Shown here in pieces: positions 24,840-36,309 of a DNA stretch of 64,000 bases (its first letter is position 1; the number at the start of each line of letters is the position of its first letter). The notes under the pieces are model-generated. The model ran no database searches. It was not told the DNA's origin and saw only the letters and a program-made list of their open reading frames with translations. The position numbers and the translations under genes were made by a program. This stretch comes from Macrostomum lignano (lineage: Eukaryota). Location of the stretch: the NCBI GenBank assembly GCA_002269645.1, contig NIVC01000040.1, positions 620,001-684,000 of the forward strand. The letters run 5' to 3'.

Positions 24840-27800
24840 ATGCCATTGCTGTTAATTGTTAAGTCTGCCGAGGATCCCCTTGATGATCCCTATCTGCAGG
24901 TAACTTTTCATGTCACCCTCTGTCACCCTCTGCAATCTGTCAGTTTCTCCTTCTGTCACCCTCTGCAATCTGTCAGTTTCTCCTTCTGTCACCCTCTGCA
25001 ATCTGTCAGTTTCTCCTTCTGTCACCCTCTGCAATCTGTCAGTTTATCCTTCTGTCACCCTCTGCAATCTGTCAGTTTCTCCTTCTGTCACCCTCTGCAA
25101 TCTGTCAGTTTCTCCTTCTGTCACCCTCTGCAATCTGTAAGTTTCTTCACCTGTCACCCTCTGCAATCTGTCAGTTTCTTCCTCTGTCACCCTCTGCAAT
25201 CTGTCAGTTTCTCCCTCCGTCACCCTCTGCAATCTGTCAGTTTCTTCCTCTGTCACCCTCTGCAATCTGTCAGTTTCTCCCTCCGTCACCCTCTGCAATC
25301 TGTCAGTTTCTCCCTCTGTCACCCTCTGCAATCTGTCAGTTTCTTCCTCTGTCACCCTCTGCAATCTGTCAGTTTCTCCCTCTGTCACCCTCTGCAATCT
25401 GTCAGTTTCTTCCTCTGTCACCCTCTGCAATCTGTCAGTTTCTTCCTCTGTCACCCTCTGCAATCTGTCAGTTTCTTCCCCTGTCACCCTCTGCAATCTG
25501 TCAGTTTCTTCCTCCGTCACCCTCTGCAATCTGTCAGTTTCTCCCTCTGTCACCCTCTGCAATCTGTCAGTTTCTCCCTCTGTCACCCTCTGCAGTCTGT
25601 CAGTTTCTCCCTCTGTCACCCTCTGCAATCTGTAAGTTTCTTCACCTGTCACCCTCTGCAATCTGTCAGTTTCTCCTTCTGTCACCCTCTGCAATCTGTC
25701 AGTTTCTCCTTCTGTCACCCTCTGCAATCTGTAAGTTTCTCCCTCTGTCACCCTCTGCAATCTGTCAGTTTCTTCCCCTGTCACCCTCTGCAATCTGTCA
25801 GTTTCTTCCTCTGTCACCCTCTGCAATCTGTCAGTTTCTCCCTCTGTCACCCTCTGCAATCTGTCAGTTTCTTCCCCTGTCACCCTCTGCAATCTGTCAG
25901 TTTCTTCCTCTGTCACCCTCTGCAATCTGTCAGTTTCTCCCCCTGTCACCCTCTGCAATCTGTCAGTTTCTCCCTCTGTCACCCTCTGCAATGTCTCAGT
26001 TTCTTTCCGTAATCGGAATTTTACAAACAAATTGCTCTACCCATCAGGCTGTGCAGTCGAACTTTTCAACTTCCGAGTTCGAACCCGTCGTCCTCAGTCC
26101 GCACGAGTTCCAACCGTGCAGACGCAACGACAACGACGAAACTTCCCGTGATGTCGTTGGCGACTCCTCAGAGGAGGATTCAAATCTAGCAGTCATTTTC
26201 ACCAGCAAACGGGCCGTGCAGTTCTTTTCCGCTGTCTGCCGCAGCCCACGCCGCCTCTGCTACGCTGTGGGCCCTGCCACCGCCCAGGCTGCCGCCAGCG
26301 TTGCCGGCTTCGTAGAAGTTCGCGGCGGAGCCGCCTGCGGCAATGCTGACGCTCTGTGCGACTTGGTTGAAGCTGGTTGGTGCTGGACCTCAGTTACTGG
26401 GCCAGCCCAGATCCTCAGTGGCTGGGCCAGCCTCCTAGATTCCCAGTTGCTAGATCACCAGCCTCCCAGATCCCCAGTTGCTAGGTCACCAGCCTCCCAG
26501 ATCCCCAGTTGCTAGGTCACCAGCCTCCCAGATCCTCAGTTGCTAGGTCACCAGCCTCCCAGATCCTCAGTTGCTAGGTCACGAGCCTCCCAGATCCCCA
26601 GTTGCTAGGTCACCAGCCTCCCAGATCCTCAGTTGCTAGGTCACCAGCCTCCCAGATTCCCAGTTGCTAGGTCACCAGCCTCCCAGATCCCCAGTTGCTA
26701 GGTCACCAGCCTCCCAGATCCTCAGTTGCTAGGTCACCAGCCTCCCAGATCCCCAGTTGCTAGATCACCAGCCTCCCAGATCCCCAGTTGCTAGGTCACC
26801 AGCCTCCCAGATCCCCAGTTGCTAGGTCACCAGCCTCCCAGATTCTCAGTTGCTAGGTCACCAGCCTCCCAGATCCCCAGTTGCTAGGTCACCAGCCTCC
26901 CAGATCCCCAGTTGCTAGGTCACCAGCCTCCCAGATCACCAGTTGCTAGGTCACCAGCCTCCCAGATCCTCAGTTGCTAGGTCACCAGCCTCCCAGATCC
27001 TCAGTTGTTAGGTCACCAGCCTCCAGATCCTCAGTTGTTAGGTCACCAGCCTCCCAGATCCTCAGTTGTTAGGTCACCAGCCTCCAGATCCTCAGTTGTT
27101 AGGTCACCAGCCTCCCAGATCCTCAGTTGCTGGGCCAGCCTCCCAGATCCTCAGTTACTGGGCCAGCCTCCCAAATCCTCAGTTACTGGCCAGCCTCCCA
27201 GATCCTCAGTTGCTAGGTCACCAGCCTCCCAGATCCTCAGTTGCTAGGTCACCAGCCTCCCAGATCCTCAGTTGCTAGGTCACCAGCCTCCCAGATCCTC
27301 AGTTGCTAGGTCACCAGCCTCCCAGAAGTAAATCATGGGTAATTTTGTGCCCATAAAGCCAATCAAAGCAGTATGAATAAACTGCAATCTTTGCAGAGCT
27401 GCAACCTGAGGTTCACAAGCTGCTGTTCCCATGCGGCAGGGTGCGCAAGAGCACGGTGGAGAACCGTCTGGCCAGCTTCCGCCTCACAGTGATGGAGCTT
27501 TACGACGCTGTGGAGAAGAAAGATTTGGGCCGAGAAATCCAGCAAATTGTATGTGCATTTAAACGCTTGACACTTGTTTTATAATCTGTCGGAGTTGTTT
27601 TTACAACTGTTTTGCTACACTTGTTGAATTGATTCAGGTGTAGCAATTAAGTTGGGGATTTCTGCGCCAGTTATCAGATGTCAGATGCCAATCACCTTGC
27701 CCGCGAATTTCAGACAGAGGCACTGAAGGAGCCGCAGCACAAGCAGCTTGTCTTGGCCTTCTTCAGCCCTAGTTCGGTTTCCATGGTAATGAAGCACCTG

Positions 27801-28025
27801 GACACGAGCTGTTACGATGATGTGAAGGTACGAGTAACAATAATGAATATCCGTTTTCAAGCTGTAAAATTCTTAGAGACTAACTTTCGATCGTTTTAGC
27901 TAATCTCGATTGGTCCGTCAACCAGTCACCGACTCAAGGAGTTGCTGCCGCACAATCAGTGTTTTGAATGTCGAACACCTTCTGTTGATGCATTTTTACA
28001 TACTCTGCGTCTTTGTCGTCAGTAG
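24840..28025 (+). CDS. UROS: Uroporphyrinogen-III synthase. Exons 24840-24899, 26048-26375, 27397-27548, 27678-27827, 27900-28025; about 271 aa
   Basis: LLIVK...DDPYLQ, AVIFTSKRAV, YAVGPATA, CGNADAL, LLFPCGRVRK, AFFSPSSV and ISIGPSTS. All introns GT-AG, total 816 nt in frame. Confidence 0.9.
24915..25995. repeat. 33-bp minisatellite filling UROS intron 1
   Basis: CTGTCACCCTCTGCAATCTGTCAGTTTCTCC(T/C)T, about 32 copies. Confidence 0.95.
26390..27325. repeat. 31-bp minisatellite filling UROS intron 2
   Basis: CTCCCAGATCCTCAGTTGCTAGGTCACCAGC, about 29 copies. Confidence 0.95.
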
Positions 28026-28148
28026 TATATTGTTAACTTGTGATCGAATTAATTCGTCGAAAATATAAGATTGCGATTTTTTAAACTGCTCTACTGTTAG
28101 TGCAAATACGACTAAAAATACAATAAAATATTACAATATCGTTTTTTA

Positions 28149-28690
28149 GGGTTTTAGCCTAGTGGTTTGAGCGTCGGAATCACGACTGAAAGGTCGCGGG
28201 TTCGATTCTCGACACACTCGAAACAATTTGTGTCCTTGAGCAAGACAGGGACTTCTGTGATATAAATTTACCATCGAACTGGTGCTGGCGCCCCTGGTGT
28301 TGGCGCCCCTGGTGCTGGCGCCCCTGGTGCTGGCGCCCCTGGTGCTGGCGCCCCTGGTGCTGGCGCCCCTGGTGCTGGCGCCCCTGGTGCTGGCGCCCCT
28401 GGTGCTGGCGCCCCTGGTGCTGGCGCCCCTGGTGCTGGCGCCCCTGGTGCTGGCGCCCCTGGTGCTGGCGCCCCTGGTGCTGGCGCCCCTGGTGCTGGCG
28501 CCCCTTGGTGCTAAAGCCCCTGGTGCTAAAGCCCCTTGTGCTAAAGCCCCTGGTGCTAAAACCCTTTGGTGCTAAAGCCCCAGTACCAAGAAAAAGGTTT
28601 GAATGGTTCTATTATTTGGTAAATTTATATCGTAGAAGTCCCTGGTAAGACACCCTAACTCTGCATTGCTTCAGTTCACCCAGCTGGGGT
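28149..28690 (+). mobile_element. tRNA-derived SINE, split by a MITE insertion
   Basis: A-box TAGCCTAGTGG and B-box GGTTCGATTC. The body ...GTGTCCTTGAGCAAGA | (GTAAGA)CACCCTAACTCTGCATTGCTTCAGTTCACCCAG is colinear with the uninterrupted copy at 52870-53000. Confidence 0.8.
28246..28644. mobile_element. ~400-bp MITE with 28-bp TIRs (CAGGG termini) carrying a 15-bp minisatellite
   Basis: Left CAGGGACTTCTGTGATATAAATTTACCA versus right reverse complement CAGGGACTTCTACGATATAAATTTACCA. Flanks GCAAGA/GTAAGA. Internal (CTGGTGCTGGCGCCC)n. Confidence 0.8.
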
Positions 28691-28991
28691 AATTAATTGA
28701 GGGTTCAGATGCTGTTTAAAATTACTAAATATTAATATCGTTTGTAAACATTATCCACGCAACTGAAAATACTGCATGCGAGAAAATCGTCTTGAACATT
28801 TAGGATGGTAAATAAATCCTCTCTTACAAATGATCGTCAGTAATATAATTATGTTTTTATTTGATGCTTTTAAGCATTGTAATTGACAATATAGAAAGTT
28901 AAGTTAAGTTAAATTGTTTCTGTTGTAATAACTAGCTAACTAAGGTCGCGTTAGCTACGTAGAACATGCATCAGCCGCTAGGACGTCATCT

Positions 28992-29652
28992 TCAACCCCG
29001 CCAGGCATTCTCAGCCGGGGTCCCATAGCAGGACGCCGGGTGCATGAAGAAGTTCCGGCAGAGTTTCGAGCGTTTCATTGCCTGTCGAAGCTCCTGACTC
29101 TTCCAGTTGGCGCTGATGCCGGCAGGAATAGGTGGCGAATTTCTCCGATACTTCGCATAGGCCCAAGCAGGAGCCGGGTGTATGAACTGGAACTCGATGA
29201 AATTTGACGTCGCAAACATTGAAGTCACTACTGATTAAACTATAATAAGAGCGACAAACGTGGAAAACTACAGTAAAAGGACGCACTTTAAGCGGCATTG
29301 TCACACAACCGGCGAGAGGCATTGCTGCCCATTCCGCCGACTCCCCCTGAGCAGGTACAAAAGCGCGCGGATGCGTTTGCAGTCATACAGGCGTTAGGCA
29401 TGTACCTATGTTGTCTCGGGGGTTGGCCCTCGAGGACGTTAATTGCACGCGCCGAGCCAAGCCTCTACCGATCTTTCTATCTTCCCATTGTCTGTTGTGC
29501 CTCATACTTATTTGGCAGTGCTATAAAGGGTTGATGTAATACGGACTTACGATGCCGAACTTGCGATCTTCGGGCAGCGCCAGAGCTTCTTGGGCAGCCA
29601 CCGCCAAGAGTCCAAGAGCGACCAGCACAACTAGAGCAAATCTGCAACTCAT
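28992..29652 (-). CDS. Secreted prepropeptide with a somatostatin/allatostatin-C-like cyclic peptide. Predicted exons 29652-29551 and 29186-28992; about 98 aa
   Basis: Signal peptide MSCRFALVVLVALGLLAVAAQEALA, perfect donor ATC|GTAAGT and acceptor TTCCAG|TTC in phase 0. Product ...EDRK-FGIFIHPAPAWAYAKY-RR-...AM-KR-SKLCRNFFMHPASCYGTPAENAWRG*. Confidence 0.65.
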
Positions 29653-29740
29653 AATTCCTATAGATGAGAGTCTGGTTGCGCCGGTGAATAGAGAATGAGT
29701 CGCTGTGAACAAGCCATTTTTAGGGCAGAAGATTTGCTAA

Positions 29741-29748
29741 TTTTTATA
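29741..29748 (-). promoter_or_regulatory. Candidate TATA box of the prepropeptide gene
   Basis: TATAAAAA on the minus strand, about 90 bp upstream of the ATG at 29652. Confidence 0.45.
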
Positions 29749-32700
29749 GATTTGAAAGATCAAAGGCGTTGGACCGCCCACGGAACTGCCGGGCCTCTGC
29801 TGTTTGCGGATTCCGTAGAAACTGGATTATTTTTCAGTTTTTTTGGAAACCTTCAAAAAATTTCTGTCAATTCGGAACACAATATTTTCGCGCAAATATG
29901 GAAGCAAAATTTCGGATCGGATGAAGATGAAATGCGGCCGTTTTGTTACATTGCATGCAGGATCTTTTGCTACAATATCGATTTTTTTATTCTGAGAGAT
30001 TTGTCCAGGCTCAATTGATGATGGATTGGGTTGCTTGCGCAGAACCGTCTTTTGCGGGCTTGTAGCTAAGCTTAAGCAAGGGTTCTGGGGCGCTGTCCCA
30101 GCCAGCTAGGAGGCAAAGAAGTCATGTCATGTCGCTTATCCATATGCCTCTTGAGCAGGCCCACGCTCACACTGGCTTTACAGCTGCTCTGCCTTGCTAA
30201 TCGTCAGGCATGTCCACTGTCGTGGGCCTCGTGAGAGCAAGAATCACATTTAAATACGAGCTCCATGGGTAGGCCACTTCATCTCTTCTTCACTTTTTCA
30301 CTTTATCTCTTCTCTTCTCTCTTCACTTTATCTCTCGGGAAACTTCTGCAATCAGAGACTGTAATGTATACCTACCGTCCTAATCAGTCAGTGATCTCAT
30401 AATCTCGGATCGCAAGTTAAACAGAAGCTGCTCACCACCACTTCCTACTAATACGAGCTAGTAGCATTTAATGTCCTTATGTACGATAGCGATCCTCGTG
30501 TAGCGATAGGAGTGAAGAGTCAGATCCGAGAGCTGAGCAGCATTCAAATTTTGGTAGAAAAAGTAGAACCATAAAGGGCATATCGCAAATTCGCAGTCAG
30601 ACAGAATGCTCGGACTTCACACACTAAGCCTATGGCTACGTTCTCAGACTCTTGAATAGAATTGCTTGATGAGGACGCACTTTTTTCCAAATCCCACGCT
30701 AGCACATGGGCTCTAAACTTACTAGCCTACTAACAGTGGGCAATGGGCATTTTTATCCTTTTTCTGCGAATTGTCATAGAATCTATACTAGATATAATGT
30801 TTGGTCATACTAGTAGTCATAATAACATAGGCGCAGCTTTTTGGGTCATAAATCATCGCTTTCGAAGCTGGTCTGACAGCCACCTGCGCCTCACTCAGTG
30901 TTGAGGCGGGCGCCAGATGGTCTGAGAGGATGCGGGCGGTAGCTTTTTTCTCATCATTTTGACAGGCCATCAAGATTTATGAGGTCAGAGCCTATTGTTC
31001 GGATTCACTCAAGCGTGTGACAGCTTTGACAGCTATGCGTTTTACCCCTAAAAGTACTTTGGGATTAGCGATTAGTGATTTCTCTTCACTATCTTCACTT
31101 TCTATTTAATAAGAGCTTTCTTATGTATATTTTTTCATTACTTTCTGTCAATCCTACGCGAAAAGTCATAAATCATTTTGTTGCGATTTTGATTGATTTA
31201 TGGCCGCACCTGTCATGTTTTTACGACCCTGTGGGAACTGATAGGATCTCCCGGTCACGTGATTCTGGGTAGCAACAAGCTTCTAGCTAATCAGAAAATT
31301 CGGCGCTCATTTTAACAAAACGGCTCAGCCAATCAGAATCGACGTGTTCCATTTTAACAAACTGCGGTCCAGTTGGCGGCTATTTAAACCGGTGTTTTTG
31401 GCCCGCTCGGACCAACTCCTCCTGGGACCTTAGCCTAGATTGAGACGTCCCGGAGCGCGACCGTCGTTTCTTGATCCCCGGATTGCGACCTCCCCCATCA
31501 TCATCAAGGACGAGTCCCCCCGGTCATCAGCAGCGAATATCAAAGTTAAGAGCATCAACTGCTAGCTATCTGCGAAGACCGTGACATCAGCATCATCCCG
31601 AGTCTACAGCTGCGAAGCACTAAGCCGATTCGGTCACTGTGGATTACCTGGTCTCCGGCTGTTGAGTTTCTGATTGGTTGGTTGAGAGGCTGCCTAGACT
31701 TGCTTGATTGGGTGATTTCTTATCTGTCCCCTGTTTCAGTAGCTGGATTAGGCGCACACTTTTGCTCTTTTTGTTCAGTAGTGCTGTTGCTGAGGCAGAA
31801 GTCATTGCATAATACTGCTAGTAGTCTAAAACTCCAATTCAATCTAAAAAGTGAAATGATCTGAGGAGAAGGTTAAATCTGACAGTTATTTTTATCGGTT
31901 TTATTTCTTTGTTCGCCGATGGCTCAGATGAGTAGCTAAGCTAGTAGGCGCCGGTCACAGTGGACCAATGGCATGGCAGTTCTCAGTCGATCAATCTATC
32001 AAATCAGTTAGCGAAACTGCCAGGAGTGCAGAATCGGCGCCAGACATGTACTCTGTGCACTCAAGGTTAGCCAAGCGGCTCGGGTAATGAATCATACGGT
32101 CTCTGATGTTCGAGTTACTGGTAGTCTATCATCAGTGCTAGGAGAGGCTGGTTGGCGCGTTGAAGGCCAAAAGTACAATTTTTCGTATTTAGCAATGTAA
32201 TAGTACATGTAGCTACCCCATAGTCTCGCCACTGCAAGAATCCCCTGCACAAGTCCCCTCTGTACCTGCATGGCCGATCTAGTCCCAGCAGTGTCCCTTA
32301 CGATCGGCTATGACTTCGAGATTGACAGCAAAAAGACACTAGTTGGCAGGTAAGTGCAAAGCCCCTTCTAGTCGGAAGCCCGATTTCGAGAGTCCCGGTG
32401 TGGTGAGCCAGGGCGTACGGGCTGGTGGCAGCGAGTTAGCTAATCTGCGGATTAACTAATTTCTACCTTCAAAATTCTCCCTGCTTGTCTCTCGCTGTCC
32501 ATCTCTTAGCTATAGGACCTAGACTGCTCGCCACACGATCAAGCTACCATGGGGCTGACCATCTGACAGGAGTGGGGGGCCAGGACTCTAATTGATTCAT
32601 TTCTGAGACCTGAGGCCCGAAGGCTTCCCCACAAGGGGGCTGAAAGGTCGAAACCCATCATGCTTGTCAGATAAATGGTAAGTCAGATTCGCCAACCTAA

Positions 32701-33004
32701 ACTGTCCTGGGAAACAAAAACAATGAAGACGGCAAGACCATAAAGATATTCCTGAGGATATGGGGACCCGCCGCTCCCCGTGAAATTCATTGAGTTTTTT
32801 TAAGTTTCGAGTTTTAAATTAAAAACCTCACTGCAGACGGTAGTGTTTTACTCAATTACTCAAGAAGACAGACTGCCAAGGTTTACTGAGGGAAATGCTG
32901 TGTCTCATGAGGGAATTTTTGAGACGACTATTAAGATTAATGTGCAGGGAAATCGATTAGATATAGCAACAAAGCCCGCAATCAGGGCCACAGAGCAAGG
33001 CGCG

Positions 33005-34920
33005 TCAGATGGCGCGCCGCAGAGCCTGAGAGCGGACGAAGTCCGTCCCGTTGGCAGTGTCGGGCGCCCCAGCGTCGCGTAGGAGGCAGTCCACATATCG
33101 ACGGGCCTGAGCCTGACCCCGCCTGAACGGGCCCTGCAAGGTGAGCAGCAGGACGTCCTGAACAGGTTGAGGGCAGTAGCCCTCGGCCCGGATCACGTGG
33201 CCCGCCAGTTGAAGTCGCCGTCGCGGCGCAGGATGGTGCATGGACGGGCGCTGCAGCTTGGCCCGATCGTACAGAGGAGCCTCGGTCCCGACGCTCTCGT
33301 CAGCTCGAAAGGCCGCACGGAGCAGCCCTGAGTGCGCCGAGTCCATGCAGCTGACGCTCTAGCCTAGCCGTCAGCGTCCACTCTCAGCGTTGTAGAGCAG
33401 GACGGTTTCGACCACCGCCTGCCACAGCCGAGCCCTCTGGCGGTCGGGCAGCGCTTCGGACTGGAGGACGGCTCGGATCGAACGAAAGGCCGCCCAGGCA
33501 AGTCCTCTGCTCCGTCGGAAGTCTTCCTCCACGTGAGACACCAGACCGCCGAACTAGGTGAACCGCTGGCAGCGTGCGAGCCTGGTCGTCTGCCCGTCTG
33601 CGCCGCGGCATGTCAGGTCCGCTAGGATGTCGGCCGGCACAGTCAGCACCTCGGTCTTCAGCGTGTTGACAACCAGACCGACGCTCGATGCCACCTCGAC
33701 GGGCCTGTCGATCTGGCGCTGGGCGCCTTCAACGGACTAGGAGAGGAGGGCAAGGTCGTCGGCGTAGCCAAGCACACTCAGGCGCTCAGATGCGTCTGCG
33801 CAGCAGGAAGCCGTCGTCAGCCGAGGGGAGTGCGGTCCGAAGCACCCAGTCCAGCAGCAGCACGAAGAGGAAAGGCGCCAGCGTGTTGCCCTGCAGAACT
33901 CTTGATGAAGTGTCGAACAGACCACACAAACCGTTTGCCGTCACCACAGCAGCTTGAGTGTCGCAAGTCTCAGAGCAGGAGCCGGTGGTCTGACCGGAGA
34001 GTCAGCGGAGCCATGGTGTTCTCAATTGGTGACGCGGCAGCGCTCGCGAGCGTGAACCAGCGCATGATCGACTTGCGCCAGTCTCCTAGTGACGTTCCAC
34101 CCGCGTGCGTTCCGTCAGCTTCTCTTGCAGCCCGCAAAGGTGACCAGGCGGGCAGGGGGCCTGCGGAACTGGGTGTTCGCGGACACCAGATCCAGCCGGT
34201 CAAGCAGGTCCTCCAGCGCATCGGTGTTGGCGTTCTCGCGTCCCGCAACGAAGGACGAGCGCCAGGGTCTCCGAGCACAGCCAGGGTGTCACGGTTTGGC
34301 ACCTCCTCCAATCTGCCCAGCCAGGAAGTCGAAGAAGGCACGAGCCTCCTCGGGGTGAGCAGCGGTGGGTGCATATGCGCAGAACAGCCGGATGCAGCGG
34401 GCGCGCCGGCGCAGGTCGACCCGCATCAGTCGCGGGGACAGCGAGATGCAGTGCACGCTCTGCTGGAGGCGCGGTCCGATCAGCACGCCGACACCGCCCC
34501 GGCCACGGTTATCTGCCGACGTGTACAGGAGGCTCCAGACGGCTCCGAGGTCCTCAGAGTGGAGCCCCGGCTCAGCCACGATAGACACCTCCTGCAGCAT
34601 GATGAGGTCCAGCTGTACGTCGCGAGCCAGCTGGACGGGAATGATGCGACGCCGGGTCTGAGGCAGGCACCTGGTACAGCTGGGGCCAAATGAAGGTTGG
34701 CCTCATGGTCCCCGGCGCCACCCGGCGGATCCATAGTTGAAATAGCAGGGACTGGGGACAACAGGCGCCTGGCCGCGCCACGGAGTCGCCCTCGCCGGTT
34801 GCGCTCGCGCCGCCGCTCAGTGCGGCGTTGCGCGCTGCGCTGACCTCTGCGAGTCCCTGGTGTGCTGAACTTTGCTGCCGCAGCCGAAGCGCGGCCGTCC
34901 GAGCCAACCGAGGTCATCCA
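33005..34920 (-). mobile_element. Internally deleted, degenerate RTE-clade LINE (APE endonuclease plus RT C-terminal half)
   Basis: Endonuclease motifs LQEV, GGVGVLI, CAYAPT and SDHRLL, joined at about 33950 directly to RT motifs VLQGNTLAPFLF and GYADDLALL. Then LLYNAE and LQLAGHVIR. Contains stops and frameshifts. Confidence 0.9.
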
Positions 34921-35529
34921 CGGCCTGATGATCTGGCCGCGATGCCAGGAGGTGTCAGCACTATTTGCACATGTGTGCTAATACTGCACAATGGCTCTAA
35001 TATTACGATTAGATGTTAAGGATCATCTGGGAGTTGTTAGTAGGCCAAGCGTCGAAAGGACTGAAAGAGTTCAGAGGTTAAGCCATGGCTCCAACGCAGA
35101 AGCTCGAAGGTGATGCTGACATCTTAGGTTGAACAGCTAGCTTTCAGGGTGGTGCCTTTTTGCTTTAAAAATATTTTCTATAGGAAAGTAACTTAGTAAC
35201 TAACATGTATGTCGAAAGCTACATGCATAGTTCATTTAAATACTAAGGTATTTATTACTTTCTTTTCTGCCTCCCAAAACGGGGTGCAGATTGCCGAAAC
35301 TTTAAGTGAAAATGTATAGAAATTAAGCTCAACTCGATATTGCTAAAAATTCAAGAATAAAGTTTCTGGAATTCACTTTCAAAGGAATGCGCCACGTGAC
35401 GCAGCCAAGCGATCCCGGAACCTCAGCATAAAATGGTTCAGCAAATACCCAAAACAGCCAACCACAGTCAGGCCCGACCTGTTCAACATTCAAATCATTC
35501 AGCATGCTACCGGCACCTTTGGGACTAAG

Positions 35530-35925
35530 ATGGGTGAGTTTGAGGTGCGCCTCACCTGAGCTGGGTGAGTTTGAGATGCGCCTCACCTGAGCTGGGTGAG
35601 TTTGAGATACGCCTCACCTGAGCTGGCTGAGTTTGAGATGCGCCTTACCTGAGCTGGGTGAGTTTGAGATGCGCCTCACCTGAGCTGGGTGAGTTTGAGA
35701 TACGCCTCACCTGAGCTGGCTGAGTTTGAGATGCGCCTTACCTGAGCTGGGTGAGTTTGAGATGCGCCTTACCTGAGCTGGGTGAGTTTGAGATACGCCT
35801 CACCTGAGCTGGCTGAGTTTGAGATGCGCCTTACCTGAGCTGGGTGAGTTTGAGATGCGCCTCACCTGAGCTGGGTGAGTTTGAGATGCGCCTTACCTGA
35901 GCTGGGTGAGTTTGAGATGCGCCTG
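35530..35925. repeat. 31-bp minisatellite
   Basis: CTGAGCTGGGTGAGTTTGAGATGCGCCTCAC, about 12 copies. Confidence 0.95.
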
Positions 35926-36309
35926 TGAGCTGCAGCTATCTACATGCATGCTGAAACGATCAGCTCAGCCGACCTCTCAGACAGAAAATGCGATTTCGCC
36001 AAGTCTTGATTTCCCTTGAGTGAGCTCAGTAGCCGACCTACTAATTACTGTACATCAGGTTACATCAGGGTTAGGTTTGAGACATGGCTTAAGATGAGTT
36101 GCTGAGCTGTCGAGACTCAGAAGTGGTGCTGCTACATGCATCTGAGGCTGGAAAGCTGGCTTTCAGGACTGGTGGTTTTTTACTCTAACATATTTTTTTA
36201 AGAATCTTTAAGATGGGGCCAGGAGCTCTAGTGACTGTGCGAGTCTTTCTGTGTGAGTTCACGTTAGAACTTTTGATGCAGGCAAATGGCTGCATGTCTC
36301 TTGTTGCAG

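Noticed and set aside
24150-24855. Hydrophobic Leu/Pro/Ser/Phe-rich ORFs (also 1000-1230, 53591-54058, 63340-63819)
   Set aside because: Products of pyrimidine-rich or simple repeats, with no family motifs.
29521-29652. Single-exon 43-aa secreted peptide ending FGIVSPYYINPL
   Set aside because: The VSPYY part begins at a perfect GTAAGT donor. The spliced model gives a more coherent prohormone, although retention cannot be excluded.
32600-32665. Hammerhead-like CTGA...stem...GAAA
   Set aside because: The core reads CTGAGAC rather than CTGANGA, and I could not form stems I and III.
34860-34930. HDV-like ribozyme at the RTE 5' end
   Set aside because: A 6-bp P1-like helix exists, but the L3 and P1.1 consensus residues are absent.
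36213-36252. Candidate first exon of the WSC gene (MGPGALVTVRVFL|GTGAGT)
   Set aside because: Splicing it to microexon 1 creates T|AG, a stop, and it is a poor signal peptide.
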